NCBI GenBank assembly: GCA_038884455.1
Contig: JAWABU010000002.1
Span: 6,948 to 70,947 of the forward strand
DNA length: 64,000 nucleotides
Reading direction: 5' to 3'
From: Thermoplasmatota archaeon
Lineage (GTDB): Archaea; Thermoplasmatota; E2; DHVEG-1
The translations under genes and the position numbers were made by a program. Shown here in pieces: positions 19,150 to 28,341 of this stretch. Under the pieces are notes generated by a model. It made no database searches, was not told the origin of the DNA, and worked only from the letters and a program-made list of their open reading frames with translations. Numbering within the stretch: the stretch's first letter is position 1; each line of letters opens with the position of its first letter.

Positions 19150-19673
19150 CGACGATTACAATTAGCGGAAAACCTGGAACTGGAAAAACAACGGTTGCTA
19201 AGTTGCTCGAAAAGAAAACAGGACTCAAATATGTCTATGTTGGTGATCTTTTTCGCCAGCTTGCACAGCAACACCATATGAGTCTTGAAGAATTTGGCAG
19301 ATACTGTGAGCAGCATCGAGAGATCGATGAACAACTTGATCAACAGCAACTTGCTATTCTCAAAAAAGGAGATGTGATTGTTGAAGGTCGCCTCACCGCA
19401 TGGCTTGCTCATCGACATAACATCCCTGCGTTGAAAATTTTTTTAACAGCTGATCTTGAAACACGAGCAAACAGAATCGTTAAACGAGAACACGGAACAC
19501 TCCTGCAGCGGAAAAAGGAAATAGAAACTCGTGAAAAAAGCGAAGCAACACGGTATAAAAAATATTACAACATTGATATTACGGATACCTCAATTTACGA
19601 TTTGATTGTTGATACTGCTGATAGAACACCTGAAGAAATCGTTGAGTGTATCGTTCAAAAATTACATCGGTAA
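19146..19673 (+). CDS. cmk: Cytidylate kinase, archaeal type
   Basis: P-loop ITISGKPGTGKTTVAKLL, 175 aa, conserved context. Confidence 0.85.
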   Translation: MTTITISGKPGTGKTTVAKLLEKKTGLKYVYVGDLFRQLAQQHHMSLEEFGRYCEQHREIDEQLDQQQLAILKKGDVIVEGRLTAWLAHRHNIPALKIFLTADLETRANRIVKREHGTLLQRKKEIETREKSEATRYKKYYNIDITDTSIYDLIVDTADRTPEEIVECIVQKLHR

Positions 19674-19714
19674 AGATTTTTTATACTTGATGTGTATTTG
19701 CCTGGACTGCAGCT

Positions 19715-20716
19715 ATGTCTGAGAAAATCCATCTTCTCCCAAGCGACGCGAAGCGGAAACGGCTAATTCGTGCTCAAGTATCAACAAATCCACATTATGG
19801 AAAAGCACCACACAATCGAACTATCCAGGAACTTCTTAGTAACGGTTTTATTAATCTTGATAAACCACGTGGTCCGACATCACATCAGGTTGATGCATGG
19901 ATTAAAGAGATCCTTGACATCGATAAAGTCGGACATGGTGGAACTCTTGATCCTGGCGTCACTGGGGTTTTGCCTGTAGCACTTGGCAGTGGGACTCGAG
20001 CTTTACAAGTATTGCTCGTTGCAGGAAAAGAATATATTGCTTTGATGAAACTACATAAATCAGTTGAGAAAAAAAAACTTATTGAAACTTGTGAGAGTTT
20101 TATTGGTGATGTTGAACAACTCCCGCCGGTCCGTTCCGCAGTGAAACGAGTCAAACGTAAAAGAAAAATTTATTATCTTGACGTATTAGAAGTTCGAGGT
20201 ACTGATGTTTTGTTTAAAGTTGGCTGTGAAGCTGGAACGTATATTCGTACGTTGTGTGTTGATATTGGAAAAAAACTTGGTTGCGGTGCCCATATGGTCG
20301 AGCTGCGGCGAACTCGTGTTGGAACAATCACTGAACATGAATCAGTAACCTTGCATGATGTCAAAGATGCCTACGTCGCGTGGAAAGAACATGGCGACGA
20401 AACCGATATCCGAACTACAATTCAACCAATGGAACGACTTCTTGATCTCGTACCAAAAATCATTATTCGAGATTCAGCAGTTGATGCACTCTGCCATGGA
20501 GCACGTCTAGCAATTCCTGGTGTTGTTGAGCTTGATTCAGGGATAAAAAGAGATGATATTGCTGCAGTTCTAACGCTGAAAGGTGAAGGTGTTGCATTAG
20601 TGAAAATGGTGTTATCTACTGAAGAGATCATGCAGAAAGATTCCGGTGTTTGTGCACATCCAGAACGGGTGCTGATGAATAAAGGAACATATCCGTCAAT
20701 TTGGAAAAAACAATAA
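19715..20716 (+). CDS. cbf5: H/ACA RNP pseudouridine synthase Cbf5 (TruB family with PUA domain)
   Basis: Catalytic motif GHGGTLDPGVTGVLPVAL, plus a C-terminal PUA-like region. Confidence 0.9.
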   Translation: MSEKIHLLPSDAKRKRLIRAQVSTNPHYGKAPHNRTIQELLSNGFINLDKPRGPTSHQVDAWIKEILDIDKVGHGGTLDPGVTGVLPVALGSGTRALQVLLVAGKEYIALMKLHKSVEKKKLIETCESFIGDVEQLPPVRSAVKRVKRKRKIYYLDVLEVRGTDVLFKVGCEAGTYIRTLCVDIGKKLGCGAHMVELRRTRVGTITEHESVTLHDVKDAYVAWKEHGDETDIRTTIQPMERLLDLVPKIIIRDSAVDALCHGARLAIPGVVELDSGIKRDDIAAVLTLKGEGVALVKMVLSTEEIMQKDSGVCAHPERVLMNKGTYPSIWKKQ

Positions 20717-20756
20717 AAACTAAGAAGATATGTTCGGAAAAATTAGAAATGTGGAT

Positions 20757-20840
20757 GCCGAGGTGGCTCAGTCCGGCTACGGCGCGAGTCTGGAAAGCTC
20801 GTGGGCCCTGCCCTCGGGAGTTCAAATCTCCCCCTCGGCG
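20757..20840 (+). tRNA. tRNA-Ser (anticodon GGA), long variable arm
   Basis: Acceptor GCCGAGG/CCTCGGC, anticodon stem CGAGT/GCTCG with loop CTGGAAA, variable arm GGGC-CCT-GCCC, T arm GGGAG-TTCAAAT-CTCCC, discriminator G. Confidence 0.88.
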
Positions 20841-21164
20841 TTTCCAACTTTTACAAAAAAAAAGTTTTAGAAAGAAAAAATAATTGAAAAAATTAAAAAA
20901 TTTTTTATGCTGTACATTGATTTGGAAAAAAGAATTTGAGGAGATGAACAACATGCCCGCAAAAAAGAAAAAAGCTGCAAAAAAGACAACCACAAAGAAA
21001 AAGAAGTAAAAATTTTTACTTCTTTTTCATACTTTTAAAAAAACATTTTGTGATGTTGCGCAGATCATCTGATATTTGTTCTCTTGTACATCGGTCATCC
21101 TTTTAAGAAACTTTATTATGGTGGAGTAGCTTTCTGTTCTCGTATATTGCGTATGTGATTTGTC

Positions 21165-21854
21165 ATGATACCTCAAGCAAGTCTGTTTCTTGGAATTATA
21201 CCTGCATTGCTTCTACTATTTGTAGGTTTGAAAGGTTTTCAGGGTTTATACAAAGAAAAGAATATTTTCCTTTCGTTTGTTGTTGGTATCTTTCTTGGTG
21301 TTATTGCTGCAATTATGCAATCATTTACTATTCTTACAATTGTATATGTTGTTTTACTTGCCTTTATTAATCAGCTTTTGAAAACCATGATTTTAAATAT
21401 CGGGCGACTTCAGGAACAGCGAGTAACCGTAATTTATGGTCTTTCACTTGGTCTTGGATTTGGTTCTGCGTTTACACCGATGATCATTCTTGCAGTTGAT
21501 CGCCTGGTGACAACAGACATGACTGTTCAAGCTGTTCTTGTGATTGGAACACTGGGAATTATCCTGTTCCATGGTGCCACCGGTGCATTCCTTGGCTATG
21601 GTATTTATCTCGGAAAAACAATGAAATATCTATTTATGGCTATTTTTGTTGAACTTGCGTTTGATGTCCTTTTAGGTATTACAATTGCATATAGCAGACC
21701 TGAATCAATACTTGTTGTCAGTGGATGTACTATTGGACTTGTGTGCTATGGAGCAGTATTGTTCTTGTATGTCACACAAAAAATGATGCCAAAGATACTT
21801 GATGAATATCAACGAAGAAAAAGATCGCGAAATCTCCAAACACTGATAAAGTAA
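21165..21854 (+). CDS. Polytopic membrane protein (hypothetical, about 6-7 TM)
   Basis: Uniformly hydrophobic 229-aa ORF with a basic C-terminal tail (QRRKRSRN). No motif I can assign. Confidence 0.55.
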   Translation: MIPQASLFLGIIPALLLLFVGLKGFQGLYKEKNIFLSFVVGIFLGVIAAIMQSFTILTIVYVVLLAFINQLLKTMILNIGRLQEQRVTVIYGLSLGLGFGSAFTPMIILAVDRLVTTDMTVQAVLVIGTLGIILFHGATGAFLGYGIYLGKTMKYLFMAIFVELAFDVLLGITIAYSRPESILVVSGCTIGLVCYGAVLFLYVTQKMMPKILDEYQRRKRSRNLQTLIK

Positions 21855-21887
21855 AAGCGTATGTATGTGCTGTAACATGTGATAGAT

Positions 21888-22346
21888 ATGAATGATCAAC
21901 TAACAATTCCAACTCAACAAGAACTTCTTTATCAAAAAAGAGATATTAAACCGGTTCTTGCAGGTATTTTTCTGATTCTTGCTGCAGTATTTGGTTTTTT
22001 CTTATGGACGATACCGTTTACATTAGATGATACCGCATTTGAATCAATGATTAACATCACTCAGATCAAAGAGATGTACCCAGAGATTACATTTGAGCAG
22101 TTGAAATCATCGGTTATGATGTGCAGCGTCATTCAATACATTCTCTGCGTGGTGACACTGCTTGGTGGCATCCTTGCATTCAAAAAGAAAGTATGGTATA
22201 TTGCGATACTTGGAAGTATCTGTGGGATTTTTACGGTTGGTACACCGCCTGCTTTTGTCTCAACGATGCTGTCAATACTTGCATTGATCCTACTGCTTCT
22301 TTCAAGAAAGGAGTTCCAGGGAACTGCTCCACAAGAAAAAATATGA
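21888..22346 (+). CDS. Membrane protein (hypothetical, about 4 TM)
   Basis: Hydrophobic segments PVLAGIFLILAAVFGFFLW, VIQYILCVVTLLGGILAF, VWYIAILGSICGIF and STMLSILALILLLL. The start is ATG 21888 or GTG 21879. Confidence 0.5.
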   Translation: MNDQLTIPTQQELLYQKRDIKPVLAGIFLILAAVFGFFLWTIPFTLDDTAFESMINITQIKEMYPEITFEQLKSSVMMCSVIQYILCVVTLLGGILAFKKKVWYIAILGSICGIFTVGTPPAFVSTMLSILALILLLLSRKEFQGTAPQEKI

Positions 22347-23276
22347 CGACGTACCATAATTTTTAGGGAACTGCTCAAATTTTTTTCCACAGTATGGACA
22401 TACCAATGCATCAAAAGGTATACTCCGACCACAATTTGGACAATGTCGATCTGAATAACCTGATGTTTTTGCGATATTCAGGAAACCGCCTGCTGAAGGA
22501 AAAAGGACAGCTAATTCTTCTGTTTTAATTCGTCTGTAAGGAATGTATAACGCTCCGAGAAGTAATAAAGTGGTGATTATATTCCCGATAAGACTTATAA
22601 ATCGTGTTGCACCTATCCAAGGATAATATGAGGATAATGACGAGAAAGATGATACTCCAGTTTTTTGTATTTCTTGTAGAACACCTGAACTGTATAATTC
22701 ATGAAAGACAGATGTCGAATTCCAAGCAATGATACATGCAGTTGCAACAGATGAAACATATGCAGCTAGGAGTAATTTTTTCCCAGTATCATCTTCAAGT
22801 TGATAGAGACCAAAAACCCAAATTAAGCCGCTTAAAGCTGCTGAGATAACACTTGCAAAAGAGCATAGTAAAAAATTTTCATGCAGGAACGGCTGCGCAG
22901 AGGAACCAGAATTTGCAGTGGACACATTCTGTGCACTATAAAAAAACGTTAGAAATGAGTTTGTAACAGTGATAACAATCATAACGACAACAGTTACTAC
23001 AAAGAGGATGATTGCGTATTTTATTGATTTTTCATGAGCAGAACCAAATTCTTTTCGACCTGAGAACACAAAAAGAACTCCGATGAGGCTAAGGATTCCA
23101 GCACTGATAGTAATCATCGATAGAGGTAGGAGTGCTGTAAAAAAACGAAATGATTCTTGGGAAAAATTGTCTTGATCTATAGAATACGAAAAGCTATACA
23201 GAAGAAAAATTAGTATAAGTGATATGCTACTTGATATCATTAAAAATAATAAACCTGATTGTGTGTTACTTTTCAT
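22302..23276 (-). CDS. Polytopic membrane protein with C-terminal zinc ribbon
   Basis: About 7 hydrophobic helices, then CPNCGRSIPFDALVCPYCGKKF. Its 3' end overlaps the convergent gene 21888-22346 by 45 nt. Confidence 0.6.
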   Translation of the reverse strand: MKSNTQSGLLFLMISSSISLILIFLLYSFSYSIDQDNFSQESFRFFTALLPLSMITISAGILSLIGVLFVFSGRKEFGSAHEKSIKYAIILFVVTVVVMIVITVTNSFLTFFYSAQNVSTANSGSSAQPFLHENFLLCSFASVISAALSGLIWVFGLYQLEDDTGKKLLLAAYVSSVATACIIAWNSTSVFHELYSSGVLQEIQKTGVSSFSSLSSYYPWIGATRFISLIGNIITTLLLLGALYIPYRRIKTEELAVLFPSAGGFLNIAKTSGYSDRHCPNCGRSIPFDALVCPYCGKKFEQFPKNYGTSSYFFLWSSSLELLS

Positions 23277-23496
23277 AAGTTACACCTGAACATGACGCTA
23301 TGTTCATTAACATTAATGGTGACACAAGATATAAACATGTCCGCAAGAATCGTTTTGTTCTAAGAGAGAAACCATATATATCGAGCAGACATCTACGAAA
23401 AAAAAGTGTAGGCCGCAAAAAGAAAAAAATAAAAAAGATAAGGAAAAACAGGAGAAATACTCTGTTTTCCACAGTCGATTTATAGTATTTTTTTAT

Positions 23497-23916
23497 TTAT
23501 GGTTGGTCAAATTTTTTGTTACAGTACGGGCAGACTCGAGCATCTTCTGGTATACTCCGGCCGCAACTGGGGCACATTCGTGCGGGTCCTTGTGATTTTT
23601 CACCTCGAACCACCAACCAGATAATCAAACCAATTATTCCAGTTAAAATGACGATCAATAACCAAATCACTCCACTTTTCCCACGTTTCTCTGCATCTTT
23701 GTAGACCCATATCGCAACAAGAATCCACACGACAAACCAGATAATACAAATGACTGCGCACATAACAAGCCCAAGGCCCATAAAAGCCGCGGCATCAGCA
23801 TTTTGTTGATAATAGTTGGTCCAGTCATAATCATCTGCTGCACTTACCATATTGGATAGTGCGATAGTCATAAGTAGGCCTATTGCTAACATAATACATT
23901 TTTCTGATATTCTCAT
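23497..23916 (-). CDS. Small membrane protein with C-terminal zinc ribbon
   Basis: Signal/TM helix, two TM helices around YKDAEKRGKSG, then CPSCGRSIPEDARVCPYCNKKF. Confidence 0.65.
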   Translation of the reverse strand: MRISEKCIMLAIGLLMTIALSNMVSAADDYDWTNYYQQNADAAAFMGLGLVMCAVICIIWFVVWILVAIWVYKDAEKRGKSGVIWLLIVILTGIIGLIIWLVVRGEKSQGPARMCPSCGRSIPEDARVCPYCNKKFDQP

Positions 23917-24049
23917 ATCTATCTCCTTTCCTTACGGTAGGAAATCAAGTTCCATTTTAACTACTTTGTGTTTTTTATGTCTATATACCTTGGTTTTTCA
24001 CGGCTAGAAAACAAGGTGTATAGACACTATTTTTTATTGTGGACAAAAA

Positions 24050-24646
24050 TCACTTCAAATCCTTTTTATTTTTCCGGGTTAACAACCCCTGAATTTCATC
24101 AAAAATAACACCAAATGCAACACCACAGATCAAACCAGCTAAGAGACCTGTCATGAATCGAATAAGATTGATGCTTTCCCAGAAACCGAAAAGTTGTCCA
24201 AAGCCATCAATGCCAATTGGAATCAAACATAGTAGGATTAGAACAATGAATCGTTCAGTGAGTTCGAAACAATAAAAAAGCATTATTCCGAGGCCAAGAA
24301 CAATTCCAAGCCAGATCGCAGTGCATCGACTGCAGAATGGCATTTGATTGCCGTTAATAAAAAAAGAACGTTCCTTGTGTTGATGACAGAGTTGATCTCC
24401 GATTGTGTAGATCGTACTCCAAGGAGAAGGCATTTGATCAAGGTGGTCTGTATTATCAATACTTCCGACAACACCAGTAAGGTTAGTAACTGATCCTGAA
24501 GGAAGAAAAATTGGTGCAAGGATTTGGAGCAGAAACCAGATCAAAAAGAAAAAGAAAAAAACTGAAATGATGATTTTGCCTGTTTTCCGACGGTGAATTT
24601 TTTGAAAAAACGCAAAGTACGCGGAGTAGTCTCGATTCATGGACAT
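24050..24646 (-). CDS. DUF2085-like membrane protein
   Basis: GDQLCHQHKERSFFINGNQMPFCSRCTAIWLG motif plus 4 TM helices. I shortened the 312-aa track ORF to Met115 (ATG at 24646-24644) because its upstream part is antisense to the eL40 gene. Confidence 0.65.
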   Translation of the reverse strand: MSMNRDYSAYFAFFQKIHRRKTGKIIISVFFFFFLIWFLLQILAPIFLPSGSVTNLTGVVGSIDNTDHLDQMPSPWSTIYTIGDQLCHQHKERSFFINGNQMPFCSRCTAIWLGIVLGLGIMLFYCFELTERFIVLILLCLIPIGIDGFGQLFGFWESINLIRFMTGLLAGLICGVAFGVIFDEIQGLLTRKNKKDLK

Positions 24647-24785
24647 TGGCTTTACAGCGTCTGAATGGTATGCTTTTTTATAGGTTTTGCTCTTTACTTT
24701 AGGGGAAGAGAACCGAAGTCTCCTGGCATCATATTTAAATAGCGTTTGGGTATACCAAGATACACAAAAAAACAGGTGAACCTGA

Positions 24786-24935
24786 ATGACACGATTTCCT
24801 GAAGCTGAAAAAAGATTACTCTTAAAGAAAATTTGTATGAAATGCGGTGCATCCAATGCGATGCGTGCCGAACGATGTAGACGATGCCGCTCTGATGAAC
24901 TCCGTCCAAAAGCAAAAGAAGGTCGAGGAGTATAA
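24786..24935 (+). CDS. rpl40e: Ribosomal protein eL40 (zinc-ribbon, 49 aa); not in the ORF track
   Basis: Own translation: [49 protein letters not shown]. It has the FPEAE..KKICMKC..N....C.(R/K)C...LRPKAKE pattern of archaeal L40e. GGTGA lies 7 nt upstream. Confidence 0.85.
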   Translation: MTRFPEAEKRLLLKKICMKCGASNAMRAERCRRCRSDELRPKAKEGRGV

Positions 24936-25009
24936 GAATTGTTCACCTGGCATGTTAAAAAAAAATATCTTTTCTTCAGTACATTCATGAAAAACTGGTT
25001 GGCTGAGGT

Positions 25010-26428
25010 ATGCCTGAGACGAAAACAAAAAAAACAGAGGATTTTAACGAGTGGTACAACGAAATTGTAGAACTTGCAGATCTCTGTGACAAACGATATC
25101 CGATTAAAGGTATGAATGTCTGGCGGCCGTATGGATGGAAACTTATGTCATATGTTGATACGTTGATCCGTCAGGAGATGATCAGAACGAATCATCAAGA
25201 AGTATATTTTCCTTTGTTGATCCCGGAGTCGTTGTTTAAAAAAGAAGAAGAACATATTGAAGGATTTGGTAAAGAAGTTTTTTGGGTGACACACGCTGGG
25301 CATAACCAGTTGGAGGAACGATGGCTCCTACGACCAACCTCTGAGACGGCAATGTACCCGATTTTTTCTCTTTGGATTCGATCTCATGCTGATCTGCCGT
25401 TAAAAATCTTTCAGATTGTGAACACGTTCCGCTATGAGACAAAACAAACACGGGCGTTTATTCGTGTTCGAGAAATCCATTTCTTCGAAGCTCATACCTG
25501 TCATGTTGATTTTACCGATGCAGAAGCACAGATTCAAGAAGACAAAGAGATTGCTCAACGTTTCTTACAAAAACTTTGTCTCCCTTTTATCTTCAGCAAA
25601 CGACCTGAATGGGATAAATTTGCTGGTGCCCATTATACGATTAGTATTGATGTATTGATGCCTTCAGGAAGAACTCTGCAGATTGGTTCGATTCACCAGT
25701 ATCGGAATAATTTTGCAAAACCCTATAATATTTCATATGAGACTACTGACGGTGATCACCAGTTTTGTCATCAGACAACCTATGGTATGAGTGAACGGCT
25801 CCTCGGTGCTCTTGTGGGCATTCATGGTGATAACAAAGGGCTCGTGTTACCCCCAGAGGTTGCACCGATACAAGTTGTCATTATTCCAATTATTTTCAAG
25901 GGAAAAGAAAAGCAGGTTACTGACGTTGGAAAAAACCTTGAACAGAAACTACGGGCTGCGGGAGTACGTGTTCATCTTGATCTGCGAGACATTACTCCCG
26001 GAAATAAGTATTACGATTGGGAGTTAAAAGGTGTGCCACTACGCCTCGAAATCGGCCCTCGAGATCTTGAGAAAAACACCGTGTTATTGGTACGTCGAGA
26101 TACCCTTGAAAAAAGTACAAGCCCTTTGCATGCTGTTGAACAAAATGTACAGGATACGCTGCAGAAAATTTCAGAACATCTATATACTCAGGCGTTCCAG
26201 TTGCTCAAAAATAATATGCATGAGGTTGTATCTGTTGAAGAAGCAAAAACAAAAACAGGAATCGTTGCACTTCCTTGGTGTGGTGTTAAGGAGTGTGCAT
26301 TGGAAATCGAAAATGTTTTAGAGGGTGTTACGATTGGGGAACCGATTGATCAGCAAGAATGTCACGGGTCATGTCCCGTGTGTGGACAACCTGCACAGAC
26401 TTGGATGCGGTTTGCTCGATCATATTAA
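25010..26428 (+). CDS. proS: Prolyl-tRNA synthetase (archaeal/eukaryal type)
   Basis: Class II motifs: WLLRPTSETAMYP, NTFRYETKQTRAFIRVREIHFFEAH, TTYGMSERLLGAL. The C-terminus is a Zn-binding end, CPVCGQPA...Y. Confidence 0.93.
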   Translation: MPETKTKKTEDFNEWYNEIVELADLCDKRYPIKGMNVWRPYGWKLMSYVDTLIRQEMIRTNHQEVYFPLLIPESLFKKEEEHIEGFGKEVFWVTHAGHNQLEERWLLRPTSETAMYPIFSLWIRSHADLPLKIFQIVNTFRYETKQTRAFIRVREIHFFEAHTCHVDFTDAEAQIQEDKEIAQRFLQKLCLPFIFSKRPEWDKFAGAHYTISIDVLMPSGRTLQIGSIHQYRNNFAKPYNISYETTDGDHQFCHQTTYGMSERLLGALVGIHGDNKGLVLPPEVAPIQVVIIPIIFKGKEKQVTDVGKNLEQKLRAAGVRVHLDLRDITPGNKYYDWELKGVPLRLEIGPRDLEKNTVLLVRRDTLEKSTSPLHAVEQNVQDTLQKISEHLYTQAFQLLKNNMHEVVSVEEAKTKTGIVALPWCGVKECALEIENVLEGVTIGEPIDQQECHGSCPVCGQPAQTWMRFARSY

Positions 26429-26465
26429 AAAAGAAACAAAAGAAATGATCTGGATGTGAAGATGT

Positions 26466-26858
26466 ATGAGTGGAAAGATAAGCAGTTTTCTCCGAGAATT
26501 AGTCGCACCGTTCAGTATCTTTTTCGTAATCCTTGGGATTATTTTCATGGTGTTTGGTATCATCTGGATTTTTTTTAAAGATCTGGCAACAAATACCAGT
26601 TCACCAGTTTATTTCCTAAGTTCAGTTGGTGAGTGGAATTGGTATGTGCTTGCAGGAGGCGTTCTCCTGTTTGGGATCGGTCTGTATTATCTGTATAGTT
26701 TTCTGTCGAAACGTCATTTTGTTCTCAAAGAGTTAAAAACAAATAAACGATCAGAATTATTAAAAAGACATGCTGAGTTAAAAGCAAAAGTTAAGCGGCT
26801 TCCAAAGAAATATCAACGGATGCTTGCAGAAAAAGAAGAAGAACTCCAGATTGAGTAG
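26466..26858 (+). CDS. Two-TM membrane protein with basic coiled C-terminus (hypothetical)
   Basis: Hydrophobic helices FSIFFVILGIIFMVFGIIWIFF and YVLAGGVLLFGIGLYYLYSF, followed by a K/E-rich tail. Confidence 0.5.
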   Translation: MSGKISSFLRELVAPFSIFFVILGIIFMVFGIIWIFFKDLATNTSSPVYFLSSVGEWNWYVLAGGVLLFGIGLYYLYSFLSKRHFVLKELKTNKRSELLKRHAELKAKVKRLPKKYQRMLAEKEEELQIE

Positions 26859-26870
26859 TTTTTGGTTCGA

Positions 26871-27593
26871 ATGTCTCGTCAAAAGAAGATTTTCTCTCAG
26901 TTTGTTGTACTTCTTGTGGAGCCGAAGTACAGTGGTAATATTGGTGCCGTTGCTCGTTCGATGAAGAATTTTGATTTTGAGACGTTGTATCTGGTAGATC
27001 CCTGTGAACTTGATGCGGATTGTTATGCTCGAGCAATGCATGCACAAGATCTGGTTGACCATGCTCGTATTTTTTCTTCATTTGATGAGGCGTGTAAGGA
27101 CATTGATTATCTAGTTGCAACCTCGTCAATTGAGACAACGTCTGAGAAACGACATCTTCGTCAGCCGTTTATTCTTGATGAGTTTGCAAAAAAAATTTTT
27201 GACGTTGAAGGTCGCATTGGTTTGGTGTTTGGCCGCGAGGATTATGGTTTGTTTAATGAGGAGATTGCAGCATGTGATGTGATGGTGAAAATCCCAACCA
27301 GTCCATCATACCCATCATTGAATTTATCTCATGCAGTTACCGTAGTTTTATATTCTCTGTATACGCATAATGTTGAGTACAAAAGAAAACGAAAACTCAG
27401 TAAAGTTGAGAAAGAGATGTTGTTTCGGTTTTTTTCTGATCTGCTTGATGAAATAGATTATCCAAAGCATAAAAAAGAAAATACGAAGATTATGTTTAAA
27501 CGGATGATGGGGAGAGCCTTGCCGTCACAATGGGAGTATCATACGTTGATGGGTGTGCTCAGTGGAGCATTGGAAAAAATAAAGAAAAAATAA
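26871..27593 (+). CDS. SPOUT (TrmH/SpoU) RNA 2'-O-methyltransferase, TrmJ-like
   Basis: VLLVEPKYSGNIGAVARSMKNFDF, LVFGREDYGL, SLNLSHAVTVVLY. I prefer the ATG at 26871. Confidence 0.8.
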   Translation: MSRQKKIFSQFVVLLVEPKYSGNIGAVARSMKNFDFETLYLVDPCELDADCYARAMHAQDLVDHARIFSSFDEACKDIDYLVATSSIETTSEKRHLRQPFILDEFAKKIFDVEGRIGLVFGREDYGLFNEEIAACDVMVKIPTSPSYPSLNLSHAVTVVLYSLYTHNVEYKRKRKLSKVEKEMLFRFFSDLLDEIDYPKHKKENTKIMFKRMMGRALPSQWEYHTLMGVLSGALEKIKKK

Positions 27594-27694
27594 TATTTCT
27601 TTGGCTATATTGCTATAATCGTTGTAAAAAATAAGGAACTAAATAGATACGAAAAAACTATGAAAAAAAAATTGGAATATTATGTATAGTTTTA

Positions 27695-27961
27695 TTGTAC
27701 ATAGGAATGTTAAGCGGTTGTCAAACAATCGAACGAGGCGCCACCATGGTAAAAATTGAATATATTCCTGAGAAGTATATCAATTTTATCACCGAAGTAA
27801 AAGAAAATTTTCCCTTCATTTTAGAATCCATTTTAAATCACACAATGGTTAAAATATCTGCATCTCAAGAAAAAAAATTACGAGAATTTTTAAATGAGCA
27901 TGAAACAGATATGTTCCAATATTCTGGAGAATACTATCAAATAAGGATTTTTACAACATAA
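27695..27961 (+). CDS. Small hypothetical protein; probable lipoprotein whose signal peptide is out of frame with its ATG (see finding)
   Basis: The in-frame upstream sequence encodes ..KKIGILCIVLLYIGMLSGC, a hydrophobic region plus an LSGC lipobox. The only ATG (27660) is displaced by one frame across an A9 run (27663-27671). Confidence 0.4.
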   Translation: MYIGMLSGCQTIERGATMVKIEYIPEKYINFITEVKENFPFILESILNHTMVKISASQEKKLREFLNEHETDMFQYSGEYYQIRIFTT

Positions 27962-28009
27962 CATTTACCAAGTACTTTAGAAACTGTATATTCTGATTTA
28001 AATCAATAT

Positions 28010-28234
28010 TTATATTGTTTCAATACTAAAATAGACATTACTATGTTTTAATGCTGCATGAACCTTATCAGCAAAAAAGATAAGATCTTCAACGTTTTGC
28101 TGTTCTTTGCCCCAGTCGTAGACAAAATCATAGTTACCTTTCGTTGCTTTAAAACCCATATTCATGAGCTGGTTTTTTACTTCTGACGGAGATGCTCCTT
28201 CACTGTAGAACATGATTTTTAGGTAGGTTTTCAT
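28010..28234 (-). CDS. Small hypothetical protein (74 aa)
   Basis: Isolated ORF with balanced composition. No motif recognised. Confidence 0.4.
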   Translation of the reverse strand: MKTYLKIMFYSEGASPSEVKNQLMNMGFKATKGNYDFVYDWGKEQQNVEDLIFFADKVHAALKHSNVYFSIETI

Positions 28235-28341
28235 AGGAATATCACTCTGAGAACCTTATCAGGATATAGGTATTAAATCATTACGCTCCTACGGTGAAAA
28301 ACATCGTCTTCGAATCGGATTTGAAAAATAAAGTTTGTTGT

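Noticed and set aside
20628-20993. 121-aa minus-strand ORF (F/K-rich)
   Set aside because: It is antisense to the cbf5 3' end and to tRNA-Ser. Its low-complexity composition derives from A/T runs.
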